Part shown: positions 38,231 through 52,657 of the stretch, one piece after another | Layout of the letters: each line of letters begins with the position of its first letter | Position numbering within the stretch: the first letter of the stretch is position 1 | Assembly (NCBI GenBank): GCA_964016885.1 | Contig: OZ024740.1 | Location: 223,882,001-223,946,000 of the forward strand | Reading direction: 5' to 3' | Source of the DNA: Eledone cirrhosa | Lineage: Eukaryota | Length of the DNA: 64,000 nt | The notes under the pieces: generated by a model | Databases searched by the model: none | What the model saw: the letters and a program-made list of their open reading frames with translations, nothing else | What the model was told of the DNA's origin: nothing | Made by a program: the position numbers and the translations under genes

Positions 38231-41200
38231 TTATTTAGGACCATGTCCAATCTGATCAAGAAAACCTATGGCCAAATGTGTTCCAGCTGTGACCATCCAT
38301 TCTTATTTTCTGGCTCACTGTATCTAGAATTATCTACATAATCCAATATTAGGCTTTGTTATTTTTTCAAATAGTGTATGACTTTAGCAAGATTTGGCTG
38401 CTATTCCTAGCAGGTTAAGCAACACCTATATTTTATATACTCTCTATACCTTATATGGAATAGAATAAATGAATAGGATCTATTGCATTCTTGTATTAGA
38501 AGAAACACAAACATTATATGTTATTGTTGTTGGAAGCTTTTAAAAGGTAATATTTTATAGTGTCATGATAGCCTTAGCAAATGTTATTAGAGTAGAAGCT
38601 GTATTTATTTTAACAATGATTGCATATTCCTAGTGGCTTAAAGAAACCCATTTACCATACATGAATTATGGTATCAGGCAATAGATTCTCAACTAGAAAG
38701 GCTGATGAAAGATTTTAGAAAACTATGCAAATTAAAGAAACGGAGGTAGGTTGGAAAATGCTCCATAAACTAAATTTTAGTCATAGCTTACATACAAGAT
38801 CAATAAATCTAGGATTGCCATTTTAAAATCTACTGAACTAAACCTGTAAATTCATTACCTGCTTATGGAATTGATGGTTAGCTATGATATATTTCGAAAT
38901 AATGTAACTTAAAGTGAATGCTTACAAATAATCCTTCACCTACTGGCAACTATCATTATTAGTATTATCAGCTATATCATTATGATCAAAGCAGGTTCAG
39001 TGAAAATATTGAACCAGTTATTTGAGAAATGGCGTATAGATATCCACCTATAAAATAAGAACCACCTCTACAGTTGACAGCAATTATGTGATGAAAGAAT
39101 GATTTTCCAGAGTTTAAACTATCAAATATTTTAAATCATAGTTTTAATGTGAAACATTAATGTTGGTTTGCAGGTTTAAATCTGATGAATGTTTGACATA
39201 TAGTTACATAGCTTCAAGACATTATTTGATGAAAAGTAAAATGTAGCAGAAAGAGGAAAGTAAATGGATCCTTGTCAGTTTCGACGATGACTGTTCCTAT
39301 TTTTCATTAATTTCTAACACATACCAGTCAAACTAAAGGTAGCAGGAGTCCAATGGAATAATACCACCTATTTTAAAGGGTTCCTATTTAAATTAAAACC
39401 GTGCAACATAATTTTATGTAAAATCATTTTATTAAATTATGTTACAAATACTGTTTTAATAATGAAATAATTAATAATTGTAGCAAAAAACCTCTAAAGT
39501 TTTCGTTTATTAAATAAAATGCATGTCATTAGAAATATAATCAATTTTCTCTTTGCTAAGCTGTTGTTTTGGATAAATTTACGATGATAAAGATAAACAC
39601 TTTAAAATGGAGATTTGTATCATAAAACAAAGGGGAGTTTCAGGTGGTTTAGTATTAAAAGGATTGAATTAATGTGTAAGTGCCTACAGTCACAATCCAT
39701 AACATAGTTCTGAGGGAGATACTGCATAACATAGTGTGGGATGGTTTTTTTAAAATCCAGATATAATCTATCCAAAAAGCTTCCAAGCAGTTTTCATCTA
39801 CAAGCTTTGAATTGATATGCAGCAATGCTATAGACATTTGCCCATGTTACCGCACAGTGGGATCAAACTAGGAACTTGATGGCTATGAAGGAAACGCTTT
39901 AATCATTTAATCATGCTACATATATCCTGTTATCCTGTGACTATAACTACTTCCAAATCAGAAACAGCTGTAGAAACAATATAAATATCTGCTTCACTAC
40001 TATTGAACTATTACGAGAGTATTTAAAACATTGAAGAACTTTGAAGTGCCAATTTATTTTATGGACTTGTTACTCTTGTCATTTTTTACTTGAATCAGTT
40101 ATTTAGAGGATTTTGTTTTTTCATTGTATCAGCCATCATTATAATTTATCAAAATTTCTTGGTTCACTAGAACAAGTACGTTAACCTAACATTTGTTTGT
40201 AATTTGGTAAAATAGGCACCAGTAATATATTGGCTATACCCCTGCACTACAAATATCTGATCTTCTGTCAAAGTAAGAGTCATACCTTATGTTTCTTCTA
40301 GTTTTCTTCATAGATCAATAAAGTAGTGGACTTGATATAGCTGGCTGTTTTCCTCCTAACAAACCTCTGCTAGTGGTGATAAGAATTGTCTTAATATTGA
40401 TAGAAAAAGTGATAGGGCGTACTAGTAGCATTATTAATGGTGGTATTGGTGTTGAAATAATATCTGACTTTCTTGGAGTATTATGTATAATATCAGTAGA
40501 AATAATTGCTATTGATGTTGTAGTTTTATCCCTACATGTGATAAGGGGTGACTAAAAAGGCTGATGCATGGAAGGGCATCTGAATGCATGTTATTGCCTC
40601 ACAAAAGACTACATGAAAAGTAGGAAGCTGGTCATGTGGCCCATAAGGTTAGCTCTTTCTTTAGCAGGACAGATGGCCTTAAGATCCTATTTTGTAAAGG
40701 TGCAGAGGTAATAATTCAGAAATAATGTTAGTGTCAGTTGCTGTTGTATCCATCGTGGCTCCTGTTTTATTTATAACAGTTGAAATTCATGTGGATTCAA
40801 TATTAGCAAATACACTAAGCATAGGAAAAGAATTAGTTTATTTCTCATATTCACAGCAGTGACAGTTAACATCGTTATTAGTATCTCATACTTTATATGT
40901 CATCACTCATAATCGCATATAACTTGTTAGTATGTATCATTCTTTTACTATTCGTTTTACATGTCCACACCCTCTTGATACTCCCTCCTTTGATCTAGAA
41001 CTTCATCAAGGTTATGGCATTTGGAAGGAAAAAGGGCTGCAGAAGCACTAGGCTAGCACTTTCTTTATTGACTCTGAAATCATGAAAGGAAAACTAGAAC
41101 ATGGAGAGATTTGAACTGAGAGTGCTATGAGCAAGAATGTATACCCAATGCTTTAGTGTCTCTAGCACATTCACTAGTTTATCATCATTAGAATTAACGC

Positions 41201-43042
41201 CAACATTAACAATAGCAGTTGCATTGATAGCAATTAACATTGCTGCTATACATGAAGAACAAAAAAATATTAACAATTCTTATTTTCTTGTTCTTTACTA
41301 TTTAGCTAATTCTAACATTATCAGTAAATTTTCCCCACACTATAGTGGATTGAAAGAAGTGCTGGTATCAAATAGAATATATTGTTCTATTTCTTCCAGC
41401 TACTTTATATTCATACCATGTAGTGGGCAACTTTGCTTTACATTTTTCCGGGATTCATAAAAATTCTGGGTGTGATAAAATCAACAATATCCCTCCTTAA
41501 AATGTCTGCCCTTGTGCCTATTTTAGAAATAATTATCATTATTGTTGTTAATGCCATTTTATTGCTGTTGTTATTTTGTAAGAGGAGAGTGGTGCCCTCC
41601 CAGAGTGTCCTTGGAGAATCGGGTGGTTTATGATTGGCATTGTTCCTAAGTTACCCATGAGTGGTACTCCTAGTGTGGAATTTTCTTTGTTATAATTATG
41701 TTTTGATTGTTTTAGTTTTTTCTTTTCTTTACTCGACTTTATTGTAAACCCCCAATGCCCCTGTATATTGTATTGTCCCCTATATATCAGCCCTGTGGCC
41801 AATATAGAAATCATTAATATTAACATTATTATCTATTTAAAAGATTGTATAAAGATGTATAAAACTATCTCCCATTTATTCTTTGTCGGCACAGTATGTC
41901 CTATTTTTAAATATTATTTCAATCCATCCACATTAGGATATCCATTTTAATTAACATCTCCGTGAGTAAAAGCATTAGTTTGTAGGGATGAATATCGAGG
42001 GAGATTCTGAAACATTCTTTGTATAGTACAACAATGACAAGATGTCTGTTAATCATGGTTGGTGAAAGGAAACGTTAACAGTAGGGAGCTGAACATTTTT
42101 TATAGGAATCAAAAATATAGAGAAATTGTTCTGAAAACAGACAGGATTCCAATCGTCTGTCATAGAATGGTAATTTGTTGGCTTCATCTTGGTTTGGTGA
42201 TACAGACTAATCTATGCATAGCTAGCTCTTTAATACTTTTGATACTAAATTGACTGAAACCACCCCTGGTATTACAATACAAAATTGTTTATTTTATAGT
42301 ACTTATATTTATCTAAAACTCCTTCATCATAATTTAATGTTAATACCTTTGATAAGTTATGTTTCAAACACCAAAAGAATAATGGGAAATTTACTAATTT
42401 CCTCGAAATTTATTATTATTTTAAAGGTCTGAAATATGGTATTGAAAGGATAAATTTGATTGTCAGATGAGAAGTAGTTTCAGTTATTGAATTTAGTAAA
42501 ATTGATCTCTGAAAAACAAACTCTGTGGGCTGTTATTGCAGCAGGTTCTCTAGCCATCCTCCATCGTAATAAATTTTCCATTTTGTCCATGGTGCATGGC
42601 TAACATACTGCTCAGACTAGGATGTTGAGACTGTCATTCTTTTTCTCCCTTTCTTTCACCACTTGATCCATTTTTTTCTCTCCTTTTTATTCTTCCTCCT
42701 TATTTGTTCACATTAATAGTGTAATTTATTTTTATTGGATACTACTCAATTACATTTATGTAATGCCAATTCCCTTTCATGACATTGTGAGATTTTGTAT
42801 ATTGAATAAATTGTAATACCTTAAAAAACAACTGAAAAACAGTTAATTAATCTAATACTTTTGATAGGATTGTATCCTTTTAACTGTTATTCTATTACTG
42901 GTTTCAGGGATTAGATTGCAGCCATTCTGACATATTGCTTTGGAGGGTGTTAGTGATCTCTGTTGACCTAATACTTATTCTTTCATGTGTGGCACACATT
43001 TTATCGATCTGTTTTTTGTCAAACCCCTATGTTCTAGAACAA

Positions 43043-43194
<152 letters not shown>

Positions 43195-43333
43195 TGCCTG
43201 TGTGTTTGTAAATATATACATATATGTATGTATGTATAATTATATATATAAATGCATGTGTTTTTGTGGGTGTGTTTGTTTGTCTGTATTTCTGTTTGTG
43301 TTGATGTTTGCTCTTTAATTGTTCTAGAACAAT

Positions 43334-43466
43334 CTATGTGATTCTGAGTTCGATCCCCTGCATGGTATCCTGGGCAAGTGTCTTTGCCTTTAACCTCAGT
43401 TTGACCAAAACCATTTGAGTATAATTTGGTAAGACAGAAACCGTGTAAAAGCCAATTGTATATACA

Positions 43467-43507
<41 letters not shown>

Positions 43508-43635
43508 GCATGTATATACAATTAGCTTTTACACAGTTTCTGTCTTACCAAATTATACTCAAATGGTTTTGGTCAACCTGAGGTTAAAGGAAAAGACACT
43601 TGCCCATGCAGGGGATCGAACTCAGAATCACATAG
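43334..43635. repeat. Tail-to-tail palindrome of a SINE fragment centred on (TA)n
   Basis: CTATGTGATTCTGAGTTCGATCCCCTGCATGG... and its near-exact reverse complement ending ...GGGGATCGAACTCAGAATCACATAG. B box GAGTTCGATCC. Confidence 0.9.
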
Positions 43636-44558
43636 AGCAGAGAAAGAATAAGATTATGTTTAAAAGCATTACTATGAAAAACAACACATATAGTGAGAAA
43701 ATTATTTGTCTTAGAATAACAGCAAGGGAAATGCACTTTTGTTACAGTTTTTATTTCATTGTATTATAATAGTAATTAAGAAAGAATAGAATTTATGTCT
43801 GGAACAAAACGAATGGACCTTTATATGTCTGTAAAAATAAAACAGTGTATATCTGAAAGTATCACACAAACATATACACTCTCAACAATTTCATGCACAC
43901 ACATACAAATATATATACATACATATATTCCTTGCTTGAACTGAATTTTTAAAATCTATATTTCTCCCATTTTAGTAATTCTTGAGTTATAAACAGCCTT
44001 AATAAGAGAGAGACTTTAAGTCCATATATTTTCTTTATTCATTTATCATTTTACCAGATTCTGTCGTTGTACTACAGCCAAGCTGATGCACCACTTTCAA
44101 GAGTTTTGTTGAGCATATTGACCCCAGTAATTATTTTTAACTTTAGTAGACATTTCACCAATCTCAGGACACAATGTATAGATTTAAAAGATGGACACAG
44201 TCAAAGACATATACATGCACACAGGCATACATATATGACAGACTTCAACACAAATTGTGTCGACCAAGTTATTATCATAGGAATCAATTGACAAGATCCC
44301 AGACCTCATTTGATTACCAAGTTGGGTGGAACTCGTGAGTTCAGACCAAGGAAGCAATGTTTCCATTGGTCTTTCCATTGCAGATACTATCTACCAGTCG
44401 CAATTCCTGGCAGAATGAACAATGTGAAATACAGTGTTTTTCTGGACATAATACGTTGGCAAGTCTGAAAATCAAACTTGTAACTTGATAGCAAATCCAA
44501 TTCCCTAACAACCAGGGGCGAAGGGTGCATGCGTTATATGATCTTGAACTGATCAATT

Positions 44559-44732
44559 GCGTCGGTTGAAGTAAGCAGAATTTTAGCTGCTTACTAAATC
44601 GTAGACACATAGAAAGATAACACACACACACACACACACACAAACACACAACAGCGTCGGTTGAAGTAAGCAGAATTTTGGCTGCTTGCTAAATCGTAGA
44701 CACATAAAAAGATAACACACACACACACACAC
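44559..44732. repeat. Tandem duplication of about 95 bp ending in (CA)n
   Basis: GCGTCGGTTGAAGTAAGCAGAATTTT..CTAAATCGTAGACACATA..GATAACACAC occurs twice. Confidence 0.9.
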
Positions 44733-46184
44733 TAGATAACACTACATGCGGCTTTGACCGGGAGGGTCATTTAGAGGGAATTGTGGGGGGGGGGTAAGGC
44801 TGCACAGCCCCATTTTCCGCTATGGCGATTGGACTGCATGCCCTGCTTTCCAGGTTACCCTTCGTCACTGCTAACAACTAAGCGACATGCATTCACTATG
44901 ATCTTAATGAAATAATTGATAATTTTAGAAAGTCCCTCAAAACCTTTCATGAATTAAATCAATTACAGTTTATTTCATTTTAAATATGGCACCTAAATTA
45001 TTAAAGTAATATATGTATATCTACTTTGTATTGTATAGCCAAGATTCCTCTATCTTGATCTACCTCCTTACCCTAGATATGTTATCAGTGGTCTAAATAA
45101 TTGCCAATTATTTATTGAGTAATTTTACTGAAAAATATTTCATTATAGATATGTTAAGATATATACAGTAAAACATAAGTTTTATTGTTGTACAACAGCA
45201 ATCTTTAAATATATGTAGCTTTTTAACCATGTACTGTATAAAAACACATGCAAATACACACACAGACCACAATAGTGAAATATGGTAAGAGCTCAAACAT
45301 ATTATTAAACTTTAAACTAACATAAAAGAGTATTTCCCCACCATCAATTGTCCTTGCAAATTGAAATGGAGCACATCAGACATACAGAGACACACATAAA
45401 TGCACTCACACATGCATACACTTACACACATATTTATTTATACACAAGTGCACTAGGTTTTTTTGATTTGCCTTATGGGATTTGACTTTGTTAGAGCTAT
45501 CAGTTTTACAGCTAGCAATACCCTGCTTTTAATAAAACCTGAGTATAGTTCATGTTTTAATATGGTTAGGTAGGGATAAAACAGGCATTTAGCTTTAAAA
45601 TTCCTGCAAAAAAAGGGAAGAAGAAAGGGAAATATATGAATTCTGAAAGCTGCATTATAGTAAACACATCTTTTTGAACAATATTTCTGAATAAACGCTG
45701 ATACAAATTAGACAATATTCTTTAGTACTGATGCAGACAACCTTTCTAACATTGGTGACATGACGGAAAATACATTCACTCCAAATTATTTGGTGACATA
45801 GAATGAGTATCCTGAGATAAAGACTGTTTGTGAAAAAAAATTAGATGCGACCAATGCTAAGAAGCTGTGAAATCCTTCAAACAATTACCAGTATGAAACA
45901 GAAACCAAAAGTTTGTAAATTGATGATAAGAATATAATTTCTATCTCTCACAATTCAACCATGAAGAACTTATACAGGATGACTTCTGATTTTACATCCA
46001 CTTTCCCATATTGGCTTAGGGTAAATGGTATGTATTTCTAGGTCAACATCAAATGTTATTCAGAGTTTCTACCATCCTAAGTGGGTGGTGTGCCATGGTA
46101 TGTTCACTCTGTATATTGGCAAGATTCCTATGATTGAATGACATAACTACCACCAACTATATATGTAAAACTCAGTACTCAGGA

Positions 46185-46840
46185 CCTTAGACACCCTAAA
46201 GTAAATCAACCGAAACTAAAAGCTCTTCCATACATCTCCACACACAACCCCTCAACAATAAGGCCTTTTACACCATCCTCCAGAACATCCCTATGTTAAA
46301 AAAGGACCATAGAATGAACCAAATCCTACAAACACACGATATCATAAAGAGCAAAAGACAATCTAAGTCAATGAAAAACATCCTAACACATGCCAAAGTA
46401 CTGTCAACCACAACAACGAAACCCACAGTTAAAAAAATGCGATAGACCCAACTGTGGCATATGCATTAACCTAATAGAGGGTTCGGAATTCTATTTCAAA
46501 GAAGGACAACGTTTTATAGTAAAACACAATTTCACATGCGCATCAGAAAATCTAATATATGTATTAACTTGCTCAGGTTGTCGAGAACAATACATAGGCC
46601 AGACCAAAAACAGCCTCCGCCAACGCAGGACTGTCCATCGATCCCAAATTAAAATACGGAAATACAGGAAAATACCACTGAGTGAAAACATTGATACCTG
46701 TGCCGCCCAAAATCATCACAACTTCAGAACCTTTTCCCCTCTACAAATTTAAAGATAATGCCACCCACACCTAGCGCATCAGCAAGGAATCTCACTTTAT
46801 TAACAAATACGGACCCCGTCTGAACACTTCTCCCTAAGAC
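46185..46840 (+). mobile_element. Penelope-like (Neptune-type) GIY-YIG endonuclease fragment, frameshifted
   Basis: CDRPNCGIC zinc motif, FTCASENLIYVLTCSGCREQYIGQTKNSLRQR, upstream LPYISTHNP linker, terminal P.LN. Confidence 0.88.
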
Positions 46841-47504
46841 GAACCCACAACATACACACGTCAACATACATACCTACATCAGCATACATCCTACATACAT
46901 CTCTATCCACATATAAACACAATGACATACGTAAACACACATATTCTATGGTGCAACACAAATATACACAAATTTGCATACATTTTGATGTCTATAGATA
47001 TAAACGTGCCGACACACACACATACATATACGCACACATGCATTGCACGCTGATGGGCACATACATATTTGTATACAAGTATTCCAATACGGCAAGGCCT
47101 AATGGATTCCCTTGCAGTACGTACAATCTGGACACTCACACACACCTTGGTGTTATGACAATACTATATATCATTTCACACCTTTTATTATTAAGGTTGT
47201 TGATGTTCTATTGAGAGAATCGTTTTTACTCAAAATATCGAATAATGTACAGCATTTTTACCAGTATCACAGACATACTGGTCCAGCCACACACACACAC
47301 ACATTCTCTCTCTCTCACACACACACACATATACAGACACACATACACACGCGTACATTAACATACAAAGAGACATACACACACACACACACTTCTCCGT
47401 ATAAGACAAGAGCTGAAAAATATATTTTAACATGTTAAAGTATCCCCCACACACGTACAGACACATTCCTACTGACCGATCCCTCTACCATGAATTACTC
47501 TGCT

Positions 47505-47539
<35 letters not shown>

Positions 47540-47550
47540 CCCGCACACGC

Positions 47551-47591
<41 letters not shown>

Positions 47592-48047
47592 TCTTAATAG
47601 GCATTTGAACTGTTCGCACACACATCCCTGCTGACCATTATCATAACAACGAACCTCTTTACTACTACTACTACTACACACACACACATATTTGTCTTGA
47701 AAGACTTATTTTTCAGTGACTTTTCAACCAGCCGAGACAAACCTACATTTGCCGCAAAATCAATTTTTAACATCCACATGACCTCTACCGACCAATCAAA
47801 AATGTTTTGACCACAATAATTTTTTCATACATCTGGAGCCACATTTTTTTTACATAAAACAGGTAGAATTTCCAAAACTAATCAGATTAGAGCAAACATC
47901 ACGGGCACTCTATCTCAAATTTATTTTTGCAAAGCATTAGAAATGCGCAACCGGTAAAACTAACCAATCCTATTACTAATTTTTACTTATTCCTAATTAA
48001 ACTATTTTTCACTGGGAACAATTTGTCAGCATTTTCCTTTCCTTTTA

Positions 48048-48076
<29 letters not shown>

Positions 48077-48082
<6 letters not shown>

Positions 48083-48535
48083 GAATAAATAAGAGAGATG
48101 AACACTAATATAAACATACATGTGTTGAAATCGTAAGGACCAAGTTTGCTAGGGTTAAAAAATACTAACTACAGCAATATGGTTGATCAGACTTAATTTT
48201 AAATATTAAATTAAGAAAAATAACAGACCTATATTGGGCAATCGCCTGGTAACAACTAGACAGTTTTGGAGACTGTTTCGCAACATCTTATTAAGTGAAG
48301 TCCACTCTTTTCTCTGCTTGTCAGTAGTTGTTGAGAAATTAGTGATCCCTCCACTTCTAAAAACATTATAGACTGAATTGCATGCAATAAGAATTATCAC
48401 AGGTGTCTTCAGAACCCAGCATATCTGGAAATGACATGCCGGTAAAAATAGCAGCCTGGCTAACAGGACATTAAAATTAGCTCTATATGATGGAGCCGAC
48501 AAATATATAGTGAGTTAGAAACTCAGAGTAGAAAC
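48077..48535 (-). mobile_element. Non-coding hammerhead-carrying repeat, family A, copy 2
   Basis: Reverse complement is colinear with 5015-5468. A short inverted duplication of its 5' end occurs at about 48570-48598. Confidence 0.8.
48251..48332 (-). ncRNA. Type I hammerhead ribozyme, family A, core mutated (CUGACAA), probably inactive
   Basis: Minus strand reads AACAACTA-CTGACAA-GCAG...TTGC-GAA-ACAGT(ctccaaa)ACTGT-C-TAGTTGTT. Confidence 0.8.
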
Positions 48536-50549
48536 TTAGAGCTATTTAATTGTAAGAGACTACTCTAAGTTTGTAACTCACTGTATATATATTATTGTGG
48601 TCAAATTAGCTTAAAATTGAAGCTATTAGCATTTCGTGATTGGGTGGTTAGCAGCTATAATTGAATACAATATAGTACACACATATCAATAATTTCTGAA
48701 TTTTGGCAACCTTTCAAAAATGTTAACAAAAGATAATGTTTACAATGAACATATGAACACATGAACACACATATAGATATTTATATATAGGGATGTATAA
48801 ATGAATAGATGGTTGGTTTGATAGATAAATAGCCATTTTCTAATATATCTGCCTCCCATGCATAATATCTTTAGTGATCTAAAATCTAAACACATCTTCC
48901 TCAATCACAAAACATCATCATTCCAATCATCCCCAGTCGATTTATTTTCAAATACATTATACCAAGGACTATCATAGCAAATTGGTGAAGTTGAATTAAA
49001 TGCTCTATGATATTTGCTCCAATTTTCTGCATTCTGAGTTGAAATCGCACCAAGGCGAAATTTGCCTTCAATTCTTTCAGGTTAAATAAATAAAGTATCA
49101 GTCCCAAGCGGTGGATTGGCAGAGTGTCAGATGTGATATATTATGGGATTTATGTTGGCCCTTTGCATTTTGAGTTTGACTGCAAAGTCACTGAGGTCAA
49201 GCTGTATCAGCCCATGCCTTCTTTCCCTTAGACAATATTGTTATCAAGGAGAGGAGAAAGTTGCATGAATTGGGTGACTGCTAGTTTTCTAAAGAAACTC
49301 TTGCGCTGGTCTGTAACATAGAGATGTATCTTCCAACTTCAGATTTATAGTTTCACAAGATATATCTATGTGTGTCTGAAGTTCAGAGGCTCATTATGCT
49401 GCTGCTTATCCTTGTGTCCTTGGCGTTAAGTTACTGAAAGTAGAATATTTCTCCTTGGACATGAAACTACTCCATGACAGGGTAAACACTTATCTATTAA
49501 TGATATTATTCTTCAACTGAATATACTAGAACAATGTGAAATTAAGTGTTTTGATCAAGAACACAACACACAAACTGGTCTTGGAATTGAACCTATAGCA
49601 TTATGATTGTAAGTCCAACACCCTAACCACCTGGCCAAAAGATATATGAAAGAATCTTATATGAAGGACTATGTTATCCAATAGGTACGTTTTTATTTTT
49701 GTGAAGGTTCATGGCTTAATGTTTAGAGAATTGGATTCACAGTCATGAGGTTATGAGTTCGATTCCCAGACCAGGTGATGAAGCATGTCCTTCTGCAAGA
49801 TACTTTATTTTACATTGCTACTTCTGCCAGGATTGAAACCAGTAGATAGTACCAACAAGGGAAAGACCAATGGAAACATTGTGTGTTTTGATTTGATGAA
49901 TTAAACCCCACTTGGTAGGCAAACGAGGTATGGGATCTTGTTCATCATTTCATCTCTCTCTTTTTTAAAAAAATATAGTAGACTGTAATTTGAGACAGAT
50001 GTGTCAGCTATTTCTTGGAGGTCGTCCATCTACATAGTGATACATTTATCAGCTAGGAGGATTTTATTTATGGCATATATATCAATATTGAAAATCCAAA
50101 TAATATTGAGTATTGATGTATAAAGTATGACCAGTATAGCATGTCATGATTACTCCTGTCATTGAGTACCATTCAATATTATTGCAATATATATTTTCTT
50201 TAAGATTAGGAAAGAAAAATACATTTTATGTAGGGGCAGGTATGGTTGTATGTTTAATAATATTGGTTTGCAACAGCCTAGTCTTAATCTCTACGTTAGT
50301 GTGTGGCACCTTTGGCAACTATTTTCAACTTTAGCTTCGATCAATGCCATTTGGGGGAAACTTGTTTGACAAATGAAAACTTTGTGGGTGTTCATAATAT
50401 ATATTAGTGTGCCCCCCCCCCATATATATATATATAAATATATATATATATACATATATGTTTGTGTGTGTATATTTATATATAGATATATGTTTATGTA
50501 TGGGTACATATGTAAATATATGTATATATGCATAAATATGCATAAATAC

Positions 50550-50618
<69 letters not shown>

Positions 50619-50624
50619 GTTATC

Positions 50625-51840
50625 TTCCAAAAGTGGAAGCAGGGACTAGAAAGAATGGGTCTCAAAGGCAACCTCACAAAGACTAAGGTCCTTGTTAGTA
50701 GACGAGAAAACAGAACCCAGATCCCCTCAGGGAAATGGCCTTGCTCAGTATGTAGGAAAGGTGTACGTAGGAACTCCATCCTCTGCCCCAAATGCAAACA
50801 ATGGGTACACAAGCGATGTAGTGTGATCTCAGGAAGCTTAACTGAGAATGTAGGCTTTATATGTAGCAGCTGCGCTGGGACAGCAAGCAGAATAAAGCCA
50901 CAGAAATCAAGCACCACCAAACTCTGGGAGGGCTCTGTAGAAACAGTAGGCAGCTTCTGCTACCTAGGTGACCAAATTAGCAGCGGAGGTGGATGTTCGG
51001 AATGTACAATAACTAGGGTAAGAACGGGATGGAAGAAGTTCAGGGAGCTACTGCCACTGCTAGCTACAAAAGGCTTTTACCTCAAAATGAAAGGCAGACT
51101 TATGATGCATGTATACAAACAGCAATGTTACATAGTAGTGAAACCTGGGCGTTGTCTGTAGAAGAGTTGCGTAGATTAGAAAGAAACGAAGCCTGCATGC
51201 TCCGGTGGATGTGTAATAGTAACATACACGAACGGCAAAACATAAACAAATTGAGCGAGAGACAGAGCATAAGAGGAATCAAATGCTGTGTGCAAGAGAG
51301 GAGCTTGCGTTGGTATGGACATGTGATGCATATGAAGGATGACAGCTGCATAAAAAGGTGCAGAGCACTAGAAGTCGATAGAAGCCGCGGTGTGGAGAGA
51401 CCCAAGAAGAACTGGGATGACGTGATAAAATCCGACCTTTCCCAATTACACCTCTCAAGGGCGATTAACTCTGGCCTCACGCAGTAATACAAAAGACCCG
51501 ACTTCCCACGGGTACAAGCCGAAGCTGAAGCATATAGACAATATGCCCCCACCCCCTCCCACTGCAAATTGGTCGTGGAAGTGCCATAGCAAAAAAGCAC
51601 CCAGCCCACACTGTAAAGTGGACATGTAGGAGCCATGGAAAGAAAGCATCCAGCACTCACTGTAAATGAGATTGGTGTTAGGAAGAGCATCCAGCTGTAG
51701 GAATCGAGTCAGAATCAGTTCCCGTATGAGCAAGACAAACAAGGTCAGCCAACTGGATACTGCCCACAACAGGACAACCAATCTAACCCATGCTAGCATG
51801 GAAGAACGGAGGTAAAACGGTGATGATGAAGATGATGATT
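50625..51840 (+). mobile_element. 5'-truncated RTE-clade LINE (ORF C-terminus with PHD-like finger, 3' UTR and (GAT)n tail)
   Basis: [13 protein letters not shown]4HC3 finger [44 protein letters not shown]. Tail CCATGCTAGCATGGAA...GATGATGA. Confidence 0.88.
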
Positions 51841-51845
51841 CTGAG

Positions 51846-52195
51846 TAGATTATGCAATAGCGATTGCCCTCATTCAAGAAATGAACTTTTCTGATGTTAT
51901 TCACACGTCTGGAAACACCTCTTGCATAACTACAAAGCTGCGGATTGAATAACGTCAACATTCTAATATTCTAATTAACTCGAACAATTTATGCCGGAGA
52001 TTCAAAGTTTTCTCCCTTATAACTTTTGACCGTGGATTTTTCTCGCTTGGGTGAAGTGACTGTTTCTGTGCATACGTATTCATACGGTTGTTTCTCCTTG
52101 TCCTGTTCTGTACAAACATTCTCAGTCTCAGCAGAAGATCCGCAAGGTAAAACATTTGTTCTTGGTATGGTGAACTAACTGTTGAGTTACTATTT
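51846..52195 (+). mobile_element. 3' end fragment of the same Naiad family as 12550-14445, with decayed hammerhead at about 52130-52162
   Basis: Colinear with the reverse complement of about 12625-12952 (CACACGTCTGGAAACA, CATAACTACAAAGCT, GGTGAACTAACTGTTG). Motif CAGAAGA-TCC(gcaa)GGT-AAA-ACATTTGT-T. Confidence 0.8.
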
Positions 52196-52225
52196 CCATA
52201 TATATATATTGCAGGGCGATCAAAA

Positions 52226-52460
52226 TTGATAGAAGCTATGGAGTAGGAAGACCCAGGAAGAGCTGGGATGAGGTGATAAAAGCTGACCTTGTGCAACTGA
52301 ACCTCTCAAAGAAAATGACACATGATCGAGATCTTTGGCATTTTGCAGTAATACAGAAGACACGCCTTCAAAAGTGCACATACTCAAACATACATCTAGT
52401 AGGTAACTCATAACCACCATAACCACCCACTCCTGTCCACACAACCCTTACACTGTAAAC
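52226..52460 (+). mobile_element. Short RTE 3' fragment
   Basis: GATAGAAGCTATGGAGTAGGAAGACCCAGGAAGAGCTGGGATGAGG parallels 51377-51425 (GRPRKSWDEVIK). Confidence 0.7.
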
Positions 52461-52612
52461 AAAACATATCCATATAAGAAAAAGAAATCGAAAATGCAAC
52501 TGGAGTCTTTTTAAGAATATTTATTTGTTTCCTATACCGGTTTCACTGTTCTTATGCTTTTCAAAAGTAGAATTGAGATGGAGGGTTTGTGGTTTTTCTC
52601 GCATATATATAT

Positions 52613-52657
<45 letters not shown>

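Noticed and set aside
44760-44800. G-rich potential quadruplex
   Set aside because: Isolated, partly a G homopolymer, with no supporting context.
47925-47960. GAAATGCGCA as the 3' half of a hammerhead for the 46-kb Penelope fragment
   Set aside because: No CTGANGA box found upstream at a suitable distance.
48206-48502. 98-aa minus-strand ORF with apparent splice sites, as a host exon
   Set aside because: The region is a copy of the family A hammerhead repeat, and no comparable ORF appears in the track for the 5-kb copy.
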